DNA of 64,000 bases from Nitrospirota bacterium (GTDB taxonomy: Bacteria; Nitrospirota; UBA9217): assembly GCA_963754875.1 (NCBI GenBank), contig CAVWHO010000016.1, positions 384,001 to 448,000 of the forward strand. The letters run 5' to 3'. The stretch's first letter is position 1. Each line of letters begins with the position of its first letter. Below, piece by piece: positions 41,535-50,706 of the stretch. The position numbers and the translations under genes were made by a program. A model generated the notes under the pieces. It worked only from the letters and a program-made list of their open reading frames with translations. It was not told where the DNA came from and made no database searches.

Positions 41535-44390
41535 TCACTGATAGCTGCCAACAATTGTGATGGCGCGGGGTAATAAGCCCGCCCCGATCATGGCCGGGGT
41601 CATGGGTGTGAGCTCGCCAGTCGTCGCGCTAATCGTGTACTGAGAGACGCTGTTGTCGCCTTCGTTAACCACGTAGGCAAACTTGACGGAAGGATCGACC
41701 ATGACTGATCTTGGACCTGCCCCCGCAGCCACCGTTGAAGGAGTTATTGGTGACAGCGCGCCAGTCGTCGGGCTGACCAAGTACTGCGAGACGGTATTAT
41801 CGCTAAAATTTGCTACGTAAGCGTACTTGCCTGAGGGATCGACCGTGACGGATCTTGGACCTGCCCCCGCAGCCACCGTTGAAGGAGTTATTGGTGACAG
41901 CGCGCCAGTCGTCGGGCTGATCATGTACTCCGAGATGGTATTATCGCTAAAATTTGCTACGTAGGCGTATTTGCCTGACGGATCGACCGTGACGGACGCG
42001 GGACCCGACCCTGCAGCGGCCGTGGATGGGGTCATTGGTGAGAGCGAAGCACTCGACACGTCGATCGTATACTGCGAGACGGTGTTAGCGTTGAAGTTCG
42101 CGACGTAGGCGTATTTGCCGGAAGGGTCGACCGTGACGGACGTGGGACCCGACCCCGTGGCGACCGTGGCCAGAGGCCAAGGTATGAAGAGGTTCCCTTT
42201 GCGGTCAACGTCATAGAACGGCGAGACAGTGTTGTTGCCGTTGTTCGTTACATAGACATTGCCAAACGGATCGACTGTAACAGAATTGGGAGACTTTCCC
42301 GTTGCAACCATGGACGGGGTCATGGCCGAGAGCATCCCGCCTGTGCCGATCGTGTACTGCGAGACGGTATCGTCCTGTGAGTTCGCCACGTAGGCGTACT
42401 TGCTCAAGGCGTCGACAGCGATGGATATGGAACCCGCCCCTGCAGCGACGGTGGCTGGGATCATTGGCGAGAGCTCACCGGTTGTCGCGCTGATTGTGTA
42501 CTGCGAAACAGTGTTATCACCGTAGTTCGTTACATAGGCGTACTTTGCTACTGCAACAGCCGGGGCCGTGCCATAACTGATAGCCAGAGAAAACACAAGA
42601 GGCTGTGTTATGATGGTTGCCGGAGAATTCGGCGTGAGTGCTCCGTCGGGGCCGATCATGTACAGGGAGATGCCACCAACGTAGGCGAACTTGCCCGAGG
42701 GGTCGACCACAACAGATTGAAGCCCCCCCTCTACCGCGACCGTGGATGGGGTAATTGGTGAAAGAGCCCCGGTCGTCGCGTCGATCGAGTATTGAGAAAT
42801 GGTGCTGTCTTTCAAGTTTGCAACGTAAGCGTATTTGCCCGAGGGGCCGACCGTGACAGATGAGGGCCCCGACCCCGCAGCGACCGTGGATGGGGTCATC
42901 GCTGACAGCGCGCCTGTCGTCGGGCTGATCAGATACTGCGAGACGGTGTTGTCGAAGTAGTGAGCTGCGTAGGCGAACTTGCCCAAAGGGTCGATGGTGA
43001 TGGATCTCGGATACTGTCCTGATGCGACTATGGACGGTGTCATGGCTGAGAGCAACCCGCCTGTACCGATCTTGTACTGCGAGAAGGTGCTGTCACCGTA
43101 GTTTGCTACATAGGCGTACTTGCCCGAGGGGCCGACCGTGACGGAGCTGGGATATAACCCCGTCACGACCGTCGCCGGGGTCATTGGTGAGAGCGCACCG
43201 TCAGGTCCGATTTTATACTGCGAGATGGTGTTATTGCTAAAGTTCGCTACGTAGGCGTATTTGCCGGAAGGATCGACCGTGACGGAGCTTGGATTCAATC
43301 CTGCCACGACCGTGGGCGGGGTCATGGCCGAGAGTGTACCATCCGCACCGATCGTGCACTGAAATATGGTGCCGCCGCTTACATTCGGCATGTTGATTAC
43401 GCTCCCCATGTAGGCGATGTAGGCGAACTTGCCCGAGGGGGCTAACGTGATGGGACCCGATGCCACCGCCGATCTACCAGCAAGCTTCAGGCGCCCCGTA
43501 GATGCATCAAGCGCATAGTTTAAAACACCGGGATAGTCAATAGAAGTCGCGTATAGGAATCGTGGGACATTTTTAGTCCACATCGCGTACAGAGTGATAT
43601 TCGCCGAACCTATCGTGAAGGTCTCTCCCGGTGTATAGGTTATGCCAGACCCGTCAGCTAGCATGTTCCAGCCTGAGAAGGAATACCCTGCTTTAATACC
43701 GGGATTGGCGAATACCGCAACAGTCTGCCCCAGCACATAGTTAGTTGTGTCGATTGGGACGCTGCCGCCAGTATAACCGTTGCCGTCATAGGTTACGGTG
43801 TAGGTGGGGGCTGTGGTCCACATCGCGTACAGTGTGACATTAACAGCACCTATCATAAAGGTCTGTGGTTCCGTATACGTTGTTCCGGTTCCGTCAGCCT
43901 GCGTATTCCAGCCGGAGAAGGCATACCCGCTCTTTACGAGATTGCCTGTATTTCCGAATGTCGTAACTATCCGTCCCTGCTCATATTTGGATGTGTCAGA
44001 CGGGACACTGCCTTCGGTATTGCCATTGCCGTTATAGGTTACGGTGTAGGTCGGATTTGCGGTCCACTTGGCGTACAAGGTAACATTTGCCGAACCCATC
44101 GTGAAGGTCTCTCCCGGTGTATAGGTCGTGCCAGACCCGTTAGCCTGCGTGTTCCAGCCGGAGAAGGAACACCCGGTCCTTTCAAGGTAGCCTATATTTC
44201 CGAGCACCGTAACAATCTGTCCCTGATCATATTTGATTGTGTCAGACGGGACGCTGCCGCCAGTGTAGTCGTTGCCATTATAGGTTACGGTGTAGTTCGG
44301 GTTTGTACCGCCACCCCCACCTCCACTGCAGGTAGACAGCAAATAAATCGCCAAAAATAACATACCCAATAAACCGAATAATCGTTTCAT
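41535..44390 (-). CDS. surface lipoprotein with 3 Listeria-Bacteroides (InlB-B) repeats and two lactonase-type beta-propellers
   Basis: Lipobox LSTC then poly-Gly; three YTVTY.GN...FSGWN...LYA.W repeats; about 14 (D/G)PSGKYAYVAN blades. Confidence 0.85.
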   Translation of the reverse strand: MKRLFGLLGMLFLAIYLLSTCSGGGGGGTNPNYTVTYNGNDYTGGSVPSDTIKYDQGQIVTVLGNIGYLERTGCSFSGWNTQANGSGTTYTPGETFTMGSANVTLYAKWTANPTYTVTYNGNGNTEGSVPSDTSKYEQGRIVTTFGNTGNLVKSGYAFSGWNTQADGTGTTYTEPQTFMIGAVNVTLYAMWTTAPTYTVTYDGNGYTGGSVPIDTTNYVLGQTVAVFANPGIKAGYSFSGWNMLADGSGITYTPGETFTIGSANITLYAMWTKNVPRFLYATSIDYPGVLNYALDASTGRLKLAGRSAVASGPITLAPSGKFAYIAYMGSVINMPNVSGGTIFQCTIGADGTLSAMTPPTVVAGLNPSSVTVDPSGKYAYVANFSNNTISQYKIGPDGALSPMTPATVVTGLYPSSVTVGPSGKYAYVANYGDSTFSQYKIGTGGLLSAMTPSIVASGQYPRSITIDPLGKFAYAAHYFDNTVSQYLISPTTGALSAMTPSTVAAGSGPSSVTVGPSGKYAYVANLKDSTISQYSIDATTGALSPITPSTVAVEGGLQSVVVDPSGKFAYVGGISLYMIGPDGALTPNSPATIITQPLVFSLAISYGTAPAVAVAKYAYVTNYGDNTVSQYTISATTGELSPMIPATVAAGAGSISIAVDALSKYAYVANSQDDTVSQYTIGTGGMLSAMTPSMVATGKSPNSVTVDPFGNVYVTNNGNNTVSPFYDVDRKGNLFIPWPLATVATGSGPTSVTVDPSGKYAYVANFNANTVSQYTIDVSSASLSPMTPSTAAAGSGPASVTVDPSGKYAYVANFSDNTISEYMISPTTGALSPITPSTVAAGAGPRSVTVDPSGKYAYVANFSDNTVSQYLVSPTTGALSPITPSTVAAGAGPRSVMVDPSVKFAYVVNEGDNSVSQYTISATTGELTPMTPAMIGAGLLPRAITIVGSYQ
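41693..41995. repeat. near-identical 144-bp intragenic tandem repeat (propeller blades)
   Basis: The block GATCTTGGACCTGCCCCCGCAGCCACCGTTGAAGGAGTTATTGGTGACAGCGCGCCAGTCGTCGGGCTGA recurs at a 144-bp period. Confidence 0.85.
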
Positions 44391-44655
44391 GATAGCCCCC
44401 TCTTAGCTTCGCTATCTGATCCAGCGAGACAAAAAAAGCCGAACACACCAAAGATTCATCCTTCGGCAGCTCGGCCAACTCGATGAGTGTGCTTACTTCT
44501 AATTAAGCACAAGAGATGGAATTACGACGGGGTATTTTTGGGGTATTACAGAACATAACAAAAAGGACCAGGCTTATTTAGGATTCAAGATGAAACATAC
44601 ATTTCGGGCGAATTCGATTGGGTGTGAACTTCGGAAGGACTTAACGATCGTCCAG

Positions 44656-44949
44656 CTAAACCGCTATCGCCTCGACCAGCTTCCAGTCATTCGACTTGTG
44701 TGCGGCTTCCCAGAGATCGTAATTGCGCTGGAGGTTGAGCCACAGTTCTGGGGTCGTGTTAAATGCCTTGGAAAGACGAAGCGCCATGTCAGGGGTCACG
44801 TCGCCGCGCTCGTTCACGATTTTCGACAGGGTCTTTCGGGACACGCCGAGGGTGCCGGCGAGCTCGGAAACCGTCAGGGACAAAGGCTCCATGTACTGCC
44901 TTTTCAAAATACCGCCCGGATGGGTGGGTGCTCTTTTTCGCGTTCTCAT
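44656..44949 (-). CDS. higA: HigA family antitoxin
   Basis: PTHPGGIL...HTH...TPDMALRL...WLNLQ. Confidence 0.92.
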   Translation of the reverse strand: MRTRKRAPTHPGGILKRQYMEPLSLTVSELAGTLGVSRKTLSKIVNERGDVTPDMALRLSKAFNTTPELWLNLQRNYDLWEAAHKSNDWKLVEAIAV

Positions 44950-44961
44950 GTTTTCACCTCT

Positions 44962-45240
44962 TTAATGATAATCTTGATAGTTCACCTGGTAGGCGTTGCC
45001 TTCCTTGAATGTAAAGACAACACGCCAGTTTCCGGAAACCTTTACCGCCCAGGCTCCCTTCAACGGGCCTTTCAACTGATGCAGGTCTGAGCCTGGATAT
45101 CTCATGTCCTCCACCACGTGCGCGGCATCAAGTCTGTCCAGAATATCCGCGAGCTTCTGCGCGTGAGCGGCTTGAATTCCCTTCTTCGTACCATCGAAAA
45201 AGAAATCTTCAAGTCCCTTATGGGTGAAGGTCTTGATCAT
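44962..45240 (-). CDS. higB: HigB (RelE-like) toxin
   Basis: MIKTFTHKGL...LHQLKG...VSGNWRVVF...DYH. Confidence 0.92.
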   Translation of the reverse strand: MIKTFTHKGLEDFFFDGTKKGIQAAHAQKLADILDRLDAAHVVEDMRYPGSDLHQLKGPLKGAWAVKVSGNWRVVFTFKEGNAYQVNYQDYH

Positions 45241-45248
45241 CTATCCAT

Positions 45249-45277
45249 AGTGTAACCCTTATGGTTACATGTGTCAA
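45249..45277 (-). promoter_or_regulatory. higBA promoter with overlapping operator palindrome
   Basis: TTGACA-17-TACACT; TGTAACC-N5-GGTTACA at 45251-45269. Confidence 0.8.
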
Positions 45278-45509
45278 GCTATTTTTGTGCGTGGGCGTCA
45301 GAGGTAGTTTTTGTTCACCCAACCCAGTAGGTCGGTAATGGTCAGCCAAGGATTTTTCGCGGGTTTTTATCACGAATTCAAGATGAAACATGCACTCTGA
45401 CTGGTACCCTTTTATGTGTAAACTTCAGACCTTATGATTAAAGTGGCAAGTCCGTCTTAAGGTATATTTGTTGTCAGGCAGACAAAATAGTACCGAAAGG
45501 AGACTTGCC

Positions 45510-46580
45510 ATGAATAACCTTAGCAAACTGGATTTCACCGGTCAACACATTTATGTGGGGATGGATGTTCACCGAAAGAGCTGGAGCATCAGTATTATGA
45601 CCGAACACAGCGCACATAAGACGTTCTCCCAGCCACCGGACCCTGTGCTCCTGAGCAACTATATGCAGCGAAACTTCCCCGGGGCAACCTATCATGCTGC
45701 TTACGAGGCCGGCTATTCCGGTTTCTGGATCCATGACCAACTCCGCGAGAAAGGCATCGAATGCATGGTAGTAAATCCTGCCGATGTCCCGACAAAAGAC
45801 AAAGAACGCGCTGGCAAAACTGATAAAGTGGATTGCCGTAAGCTTGCCCGCTGCCTCAGGAACGGCGAGCTCGAAGGAATCTATGTTCCTGCTCGAGTGA
45901 AGGTCGAAGACCGCGGTTTGCTCCGGACCCGACGCAACATGGTCAAAAAGCAGGTCCGTTGCAAAAACCAGATCAAGTCTCTGCTTGCCTTTTATGGTAT
46001 CCATCTACCAAACGACATTGTTCACAGCAACTGGTCATATAAATTCATCCAATGGATTCAGAGCATTCAAATGGAACGGGCCAGCGGGAACTACGTTTTT
46101 AAAATCTACCTCTATGAACTGGAACAACTTCGCAGAATCATCACTGCTTTGAACCGACAGATCCGCATCCTCGCCCGAACAGATGAGTATAAGACCAATG
46201 TGCAGTTGTTAAGGACTGTTCCCGGCATCAGTACGCTTACTGCCATGACGCTTCTTACAGAATTATACAATATCGACCGGTTCCAGTCGCTCGATAAGCT
46301 CGCAAGCTATATTGGTCTTGTTCCTGACACAGACTCCAGCGGAGAGAAAGATACGACGAAGGGCATGACGAATCGAAAGAACCGGTTTCTGCGATTCTTG
46401 ATCATTGAAGATGCGTGGATCGCTGTACGGCAGGATCCGGCGCTTTTGATGGCTTTTGAGCGGCTTACGAAAAAGATGCCGAAAACCAGGGCCATTATCC
46501 ATATAGTCAGGAAACTCTTGAACCGTATCAGATACGTTCTTAAGAACCAGAAGGAGTATGTGTCGGCAGTTGTTCAGTAA
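45510..46580 (+). CDS. IS110-family DEDD recombinase/transposase
   Basis: VGMDVH, YEAG, KTDKVD, VPGIS and GLVP...SSG motifs. Confidence 0.95.
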   Translation: MNNLSKLDFTGQHIYVGMDVHRKSWSISIMTEHSAHKTFSQPPDPVLLSNYMQRNFPGATYHAAYEAGYSGFWIHDQLREKGIECMVVNPADVPTKDKERAGKTDKVDCRKLARCLRNGELEGIYVPARVKVEDRGLLRTRRNMVKKQVRCKNQIKSLLAFYGIHLPNDIVHSNWSYKFIQWIQSIQMERASGNYVFKIYLYELEQLRRIITALNRQIRILARTDEYKTNVQLLRTVPGISTLTAMTLLTELYNIDRFQSLDKLASYIGLVPDTDSSGEKDTTKGMTNRKNRFLRFLIIEDAWIAVRQDPALLMAFERLTKKMPKTRAIIHIVRKLLNRIRYVLKNQKEYVSAVVQ

Positions 46581-46589
46581 CTTACGGGA

Positions 46590-46800
46590 TTGTGCTGGGA
46601 CGAATGATCTTTATAGACCTAGTTCATCGTGGGTAACGCTTTCTTTCTTCCTGCAGCCGGATGCATTGTGTCTGCTTACTTCAGACTGCGTACCCACACT
46701 TTAAAACATGACCGAGGAAATGCAGCTGCCTTTATGCTGTAGGCATGTCTGCTGATAAAAGGTTGGTTTTAAAGACTTGTTCGTCCTGAGAACAAAACCG
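46590..46800 (+). ncRNA. putative bridge/seek RNA of the IS1111-type element
   Basis: Two stem-closed loops, each with TGCAGC...TGTCTGC, containing segments that match the element junctions. Confidence 0.6.
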
Positions 46801-46857
46801 AAGAAGGGATTACTACGCCAAAAGTAGACTTGACCTTTAACATAAAAGGAAGAAGTG

Positions 46858-47280
46858 TTAATCAGACTCCTGCGCTGTCCTTCTCATCTTTTTCACGTTT
46901 CCCCGCTGCTTTTTCCCCTCAATCCGCCTCTCCTTCGCCGCCTTCGATGGTTTCGTTTTTTTCCTCTGTTTCGGCTTGTGCGCGGCCTGACTGATCAGTT
47001 CGACAAGCCGGCTGATTGCATCTTCGCGGTTCCGCTCCTGGGTCCGGAACTGCCGTGCTTCGATAATGAGAACTCCGTCCTGAGTGATCCGTCTTCCGGC
47101 CAAACGGATAAGGCGCGTGCGCACGTCGCCGGGAAGAGAGGGCGAGTTCCCCACGTCGAACCGAAGCTGCACGGCCGTGGAGACCTTGTTCACGTTCTGG
47201 CCCCCGGGGCCCGATGCCCGGACAAAGCGCAGCTGGATTTCGTTCTCATCGATAGAAATGGATCGGGTAATATTGATCAT
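46858..47280 (-). CDS. arfB: alternative ribosome rescue factor ArfB
   Basis: RASGPGGQNVNKV and a basic C-terminal tail. Confidence 0.95.
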   Translation of the reverse strand: MINITRSISIDENEIQLRFVRASGPGGQNVNKVSTAVQLRFDVGNSPSLPGDVRTRLIRLAGRRITQDGVLIIEARQFRTQERNREDAISRLVELISQAAHKPKQRKKTKPSKAAKERRIEGKKQRGNVKKMRRTAQESD

Positions 47281-47331
47281 GGCCTCACCTTATACTGGTA
47301 CGGACAACAGTTCAAGCCTGCAATAGTCCGC

Positions 47332-48042
47332 TCAGAAGAGCTTCGCGACCAGCGCAGGCACGGCTGTCTCGACACTCAAGATTCTCTCACCGATCTGCAC
47401 CGGCATAAACCCGCAGGAAATAAACTTCTCGATCTCATAGGGGATGAATCCGCCTTCCGGTCCGATCGCGAGGACCGCTGGCTCCTTAATATCGCGGGGA
47501 CAGGGGGCAGAGGCAGCCGGATGCGCGACCAGGGAGAGCGCCCCTTTGATGAGACCGGGAAGCTCGTCTTCCACAAAGGGTTTGAACAGCGGCCGGAGCA
47601 GAACTTCGGGGAGTATTGTGTCCTTCCCCTGCTCAAGCCCGATGATCAGCTGCTCTCGTATTTCTTCGTCCGACAGCACCGGACTTTGCCAAAAGCTCTT
47701 TTCCACCCGGAACGAGTTCAGCAGAATGATCCGCTTCACTCCCATGGCGCTTGCGGCCCGGAGTACCCGCTTTAAGACCTTCGGCCTCGGCAAAGCCAGG
47801 ATAAGCGACAGGGAAAGTTTTGGCGGAGGCGCCTGGTCGAGCCTGACCTCCATTTCGAGAACAGCGGGATCCAGCTGAGTGACTCTTCCAATGCCGATGC
47901 GGCCGCCCAACACGCCGACACAGAGTTCATCGCCCGCCTGTGCACGGTGGACCTCCGTAACATGCTTGAGGCGCCGCCCCTGCATGTGCACACGGCTCGT
48001 GTTGCCGATAAAGTCTTCCGGGAAAAGAAGGATGAGATTCAG
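47332..48042 (-). CDS. rsmE: 16S rRNA m3U1498 methyltransferase, apparent CTG start
   Basis: LALPRPK, EQ, IGPEGGF and GERILSVETA motifs. In-frame N-terminus (L)NLILLFPEDF lies behind RBS GAGGAG. Confidence 0.9.
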   Translation of the reverse strand: MNLILLFPEDFIGNTSRVHMQGRRLKHVTEVHRAQAGDELCVGVLGGRIGIGRVTQLDPAVLEMEVRLDQAPPPKLSLSLILALPRPKVLKRVLRAASAMGVKRIILLNSFRVEKSFWQSPVLSDEEIREQLIIGLEQGKDTILPEVLLRPLFKPFVEDELPGLIKGALSLVAHPAASAPCPRDIKEPAVLAIGPEGGFIPYEIEKFISCGFMPVQIGERILSVETAVPALVAKLF

Positions 48043-48053
48043 TTGAACTCTCC

Positions 48054-48896
48054 TCAGCGAGTGTCGAGGTACTCCGCCATTTTTTCTCTCATGCGGATAT
48101 CGGGCAGGGGGCCGTGCCCGGCCTTCCTATTGTCCAACAGGTGCGCAGCGTTTCCCGTAGCAGGGATTGCGCAGGTCACCGCCGGGTGGGACAGGATGAA
48201 TTTCAAAAAAAACTGCGCCCAGCTTGTACATCCGAATTCCTTCGCCCATGCAGGCAGACGTTTCCCCCGTACCCTTCCGAACAAGTCCGATGTTTCAAAG
48301 GGCCTGTTCACGATCACGCCGATGCCGAGGTCCGCTGCGAGCGGCAGCAAGCGCTCTTCCGCCTGGCGCGTGACAATTGAGTAGCAGATCTGGATGAAGT
48401 CGGGATGAGCTGCCTTCATCACGCGTTCCATCGCACCGAACGCGGACGTCGCGTAATGGGTTATGCCGGTATACCGGATGCGTCCCTGCTCCTTCCAGGC
48501 GAGGAGCGTCTCGAAATGCGTTTCCCAGTCCATGAGATTGTGCACCTGCATGAGGTCGATCATGTGGGTGCGGAGCAGCCTGAGCGAGTCCTCCATCTGG
48601 CGAACGCCTGATTCCTTTCCCGTGGTCCAGACCTTCGTCGCCAGAAAGAGGGAACCCCGCACCCCGAGTTCCCCGGCCAGGTCTCCCACGACCCGTTCGG
48701 CGCTCCCGTACATGGGAGAAGAATCAACCATGCCGCCAGTCTCGGCAAAGAGCATCAGCACTTCCTTGAGCGGATCGCGGTCGGCCTTCGCCTGTCCGAC
48801 ATCGAAGACGCTGTACGTTCCGAGCCCGACAACTGGGACCATCTCCTTGGTGCCGGGGATGGGACGCTTGAGAATTTCAGGTTGCGATGCCTTCAT
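48054..48896 (-). CDS. aldo/keto reductase
   Basis: VGLGT, DSSPMYG, LATKV and DLMQVHN motifs. Confidence 0.9.
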   Translation of the reverse strand: MKASQPEILKRPIPGTKEMVPVVGLGTYSVFDVGQAKADRDPLKEVLMLFAETGGMVDSSPMYGSAERVVGDLAGELGVRGSLFLATKVWTTGKESGVRQMEDSLRLLRTHMIDLMQVHNLMDWETHFETLLAWKEQGRIRYTGITHYATSAFGAMERVMKAAHPDFIQICYSIVTRQAEERLLPLAADLGIGVIVNRPFETSDLFGRVRGKRLPAWAKEFGCTSWAQFFLKFILSHPAVTCAIPATGNAAHLLDNRKAGHGPLPDIRMREKMAEYLDTR

Positions 48897-49078
48897 AACG
48901 GTTTTCTACTTCAGACCATCCAAGGAAGCAGTTGTTCTCGCAAAGACGCAAAGAAAACCAAATACCACTGCCAATAAGGGACTTCACCTTTTTGGCCGGT
49001 CGTTTTCCCGTTCAGCCCTGCCTTCTCTGTGCCCTCTGCGGGTAAACCGCATTTTGGGGGTCATTTGTCTTCGTCAAA

Positions 49079-49586
49079 TTAATTGAATGGCTTGTATTGT
49101 ACAGTCACGATCGTGAACAAGGTATCGCCTTTCGGCCGCTTGACCACGACCTCATCGCCTTCGGTTTTCTTCATGAGCGCCTTGGCCATGGGAGAATCCA
49201 TGCTGATCAGTCCTTTGGCGGAGTCGAACTCATCAGGCCCTACGATGCGATATTCGCTGACAGCTCCCTCCTCATCCTCGAGCCTCACCCAGGCGCCGAA
49301 AAAGACCTGGGAAGTGTCGGCGGGATTGGCATCGACGACGACAATATTCTTCAAGACGGTTTTTGAGGTGATGGATCCTCGCGTCGATCTCACGGAGCTG
49401 CTTCTTGCGGTAGATGTACTCCGCGTTCTCCGAACGGTCCCCCTCCGCAGCAGCAGCCGCGAGCGCCGCCGTCACCTCGGGCCGCTTTGTGTGCCAAAGG
49501 TATTGAAACTCGTCGGAGAGCCGCTTCTTGCCTTCGGGCGTAATATACTTGGACCCCGCTTTTTGGGGAGGACGATATCTGCTCAT
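49079..49586 (-). CDS. greB: transcription elongation factor GreB, split by an apparent +1 base (~49350)
   Basis: YITPEG...RPEVT...[11 protein letters not shown] in one frame; VFFGAWV...YRIVGPDE...[11 protein letters not shown] in the other. Confidence 0.92.
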
Positions 49587-49683
49587 GGGATGAATATACG
49601 GCATCGCGCCAAAGGAATCAAGACGGAAGGAGAGAGGGGAAGATAAAGGATCTTAAAGCAAATGAGCAAACAGCGATTTTTAC

Positions 49684-50706
49684 TCACGATGCGGAGATAT
49701 GAATGGTAAAGACGGAACCTTTACCCGGTGCGGTCTGAACTTCTATTTTCCCCCCGCAGGCATCCACCAGCTCCTTCACGATGGTAAGGCCCATGCCGAT
49801 GCCGATGCCCGTTCCCCGGAAAAACCGTTCATAAATATGGGAGAGATGCTTTGCCCTGATCCCGGTCCCTGTGTCGGCAACCGAGAAAACGACTTGGTCG
49901 CCTTTCCGCGCAACGCTCAGGGCCACGGTCCCGGCATTCTTCACGGCCTTGGCGGCATTGTCCGTGAGGTTTTCCATGATTGTCCTGAGACATTCCGGAT
50001 CGGCAGTCATGGTAAGGCCCGGCTCGCATGCAAGCGTGAACGTTACGTCCCTGCCCTGCGCCGTGTTACGGGTCTTGTCCAGTACGGCCTTGAGCAGCGG
50101 CTCCAGTTCAAGGGATTCCTTCCGGAGCGAGCGTGCGAGCGCCTGGGCCTGCGACAACTGTTCCATCCCGTCGATGATCTTCTTGAGCCTGTCCGTTTCT
50201 TCAAAGAGGGACTGCATGTGCTCCTTGCCCACGGGGTCTTCATCTTCGATCATGTCTTCCAGCTCTTCCTCTATCGCGCCGACGGATGTCCGTAATTCCC
50301 CGGCCGTATCCGAGAGGAGTTGCGCGGACATGTCCGGCTGCATTTCGGAAGTGTCCTGCTGTTCAGGCTTTCCCGTTGCCTCGACTGAGTGAGCCGCGTC
50401 CGGCACGTGCGGCTTCGGGCCTTTCTGTCGAGAACGGGGCTGGACGGCAGCGGGCGATGAAACAGAACTGTTCAAGGTTCGGGAAAGGACAACGAGAAGA
50501 GTAAGCGCAAGTCCGGCAAGGAGGGCGAACGAGATCATGAGGAGGATGCCCGACCGTCCATTGAAAAATGCTTCCTGACCCTGTTGTCCGAAATCCCGCA
50601 TAGTCATGGCGCCCAGAAAAAGCGACGTTGACAGCGCGATGAGCGCACCGCCAATAAACAGGATACCGTTCTTGGACCGGGAATTGTTAGGCATACTACT
50701 TCTCAT
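49684..50706 (-). CDS. membrane histidine-kinase-like protein lacking the phospho-acceptor His
   Basis: Two TMs; H-box reads DTAGELRTSV; N, G1, F and G2 boxes retained. Confidence 0.78.
   Translation of the reverse strand: MRSSMPNNSRSKNGILFIGGALIALSTSLFLGAMTMRDFGQQGQEAFFNGRSGILLMISFALLAGLALTLLVVLSRTLNSSVSSPAAVQPRSRQKGPKPHVPDAAHSVEATGKPEQQDTSEMQPDMSAQLLSDTAGELRTSVGAIEEELEDMIEDEDPVGKEHMQSLFEETDRLKKIIDGMEQLSQAQALARSLRKESLELEPLLKAVLDKTRNTAQGRDVTFTLACEPGLTMTADPECLRTIMENLTDNAAKAVKNAGTVALSVARKGDQVVFSVADTGTGIRAKHLSHIYERFFRGTGIGIGMGLTIVKELVDACGGKIEVQTAPGKGSVFTIHISAS

Larger units (their letters stand above)
44583..45391. repeat. 16-bp direct repeats flanking higBA
   Basis: ATTCAAGATGAAACAT at 44583-44598 and 45376-45391. 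Confidence 0.75.
45401..46853 (+). mobile_element. IS110-family element, IS1111-type
   Basis: Sub-terminal inverted repeats CCTTTTATGT (45408-45417) / ACATAAAAGG (46840-46849); GA core at 45399-45400 and 46852-46853; long 3' non-coding end. Confidence 0.82.

Noticed and set aside
41693..43330. Possible diversity-generating retroelement template/variable repeats
   Set aside because: The repeats are in-frame protein blades, differences are not adenine-specific, and no reverse transcriptase is in the window.
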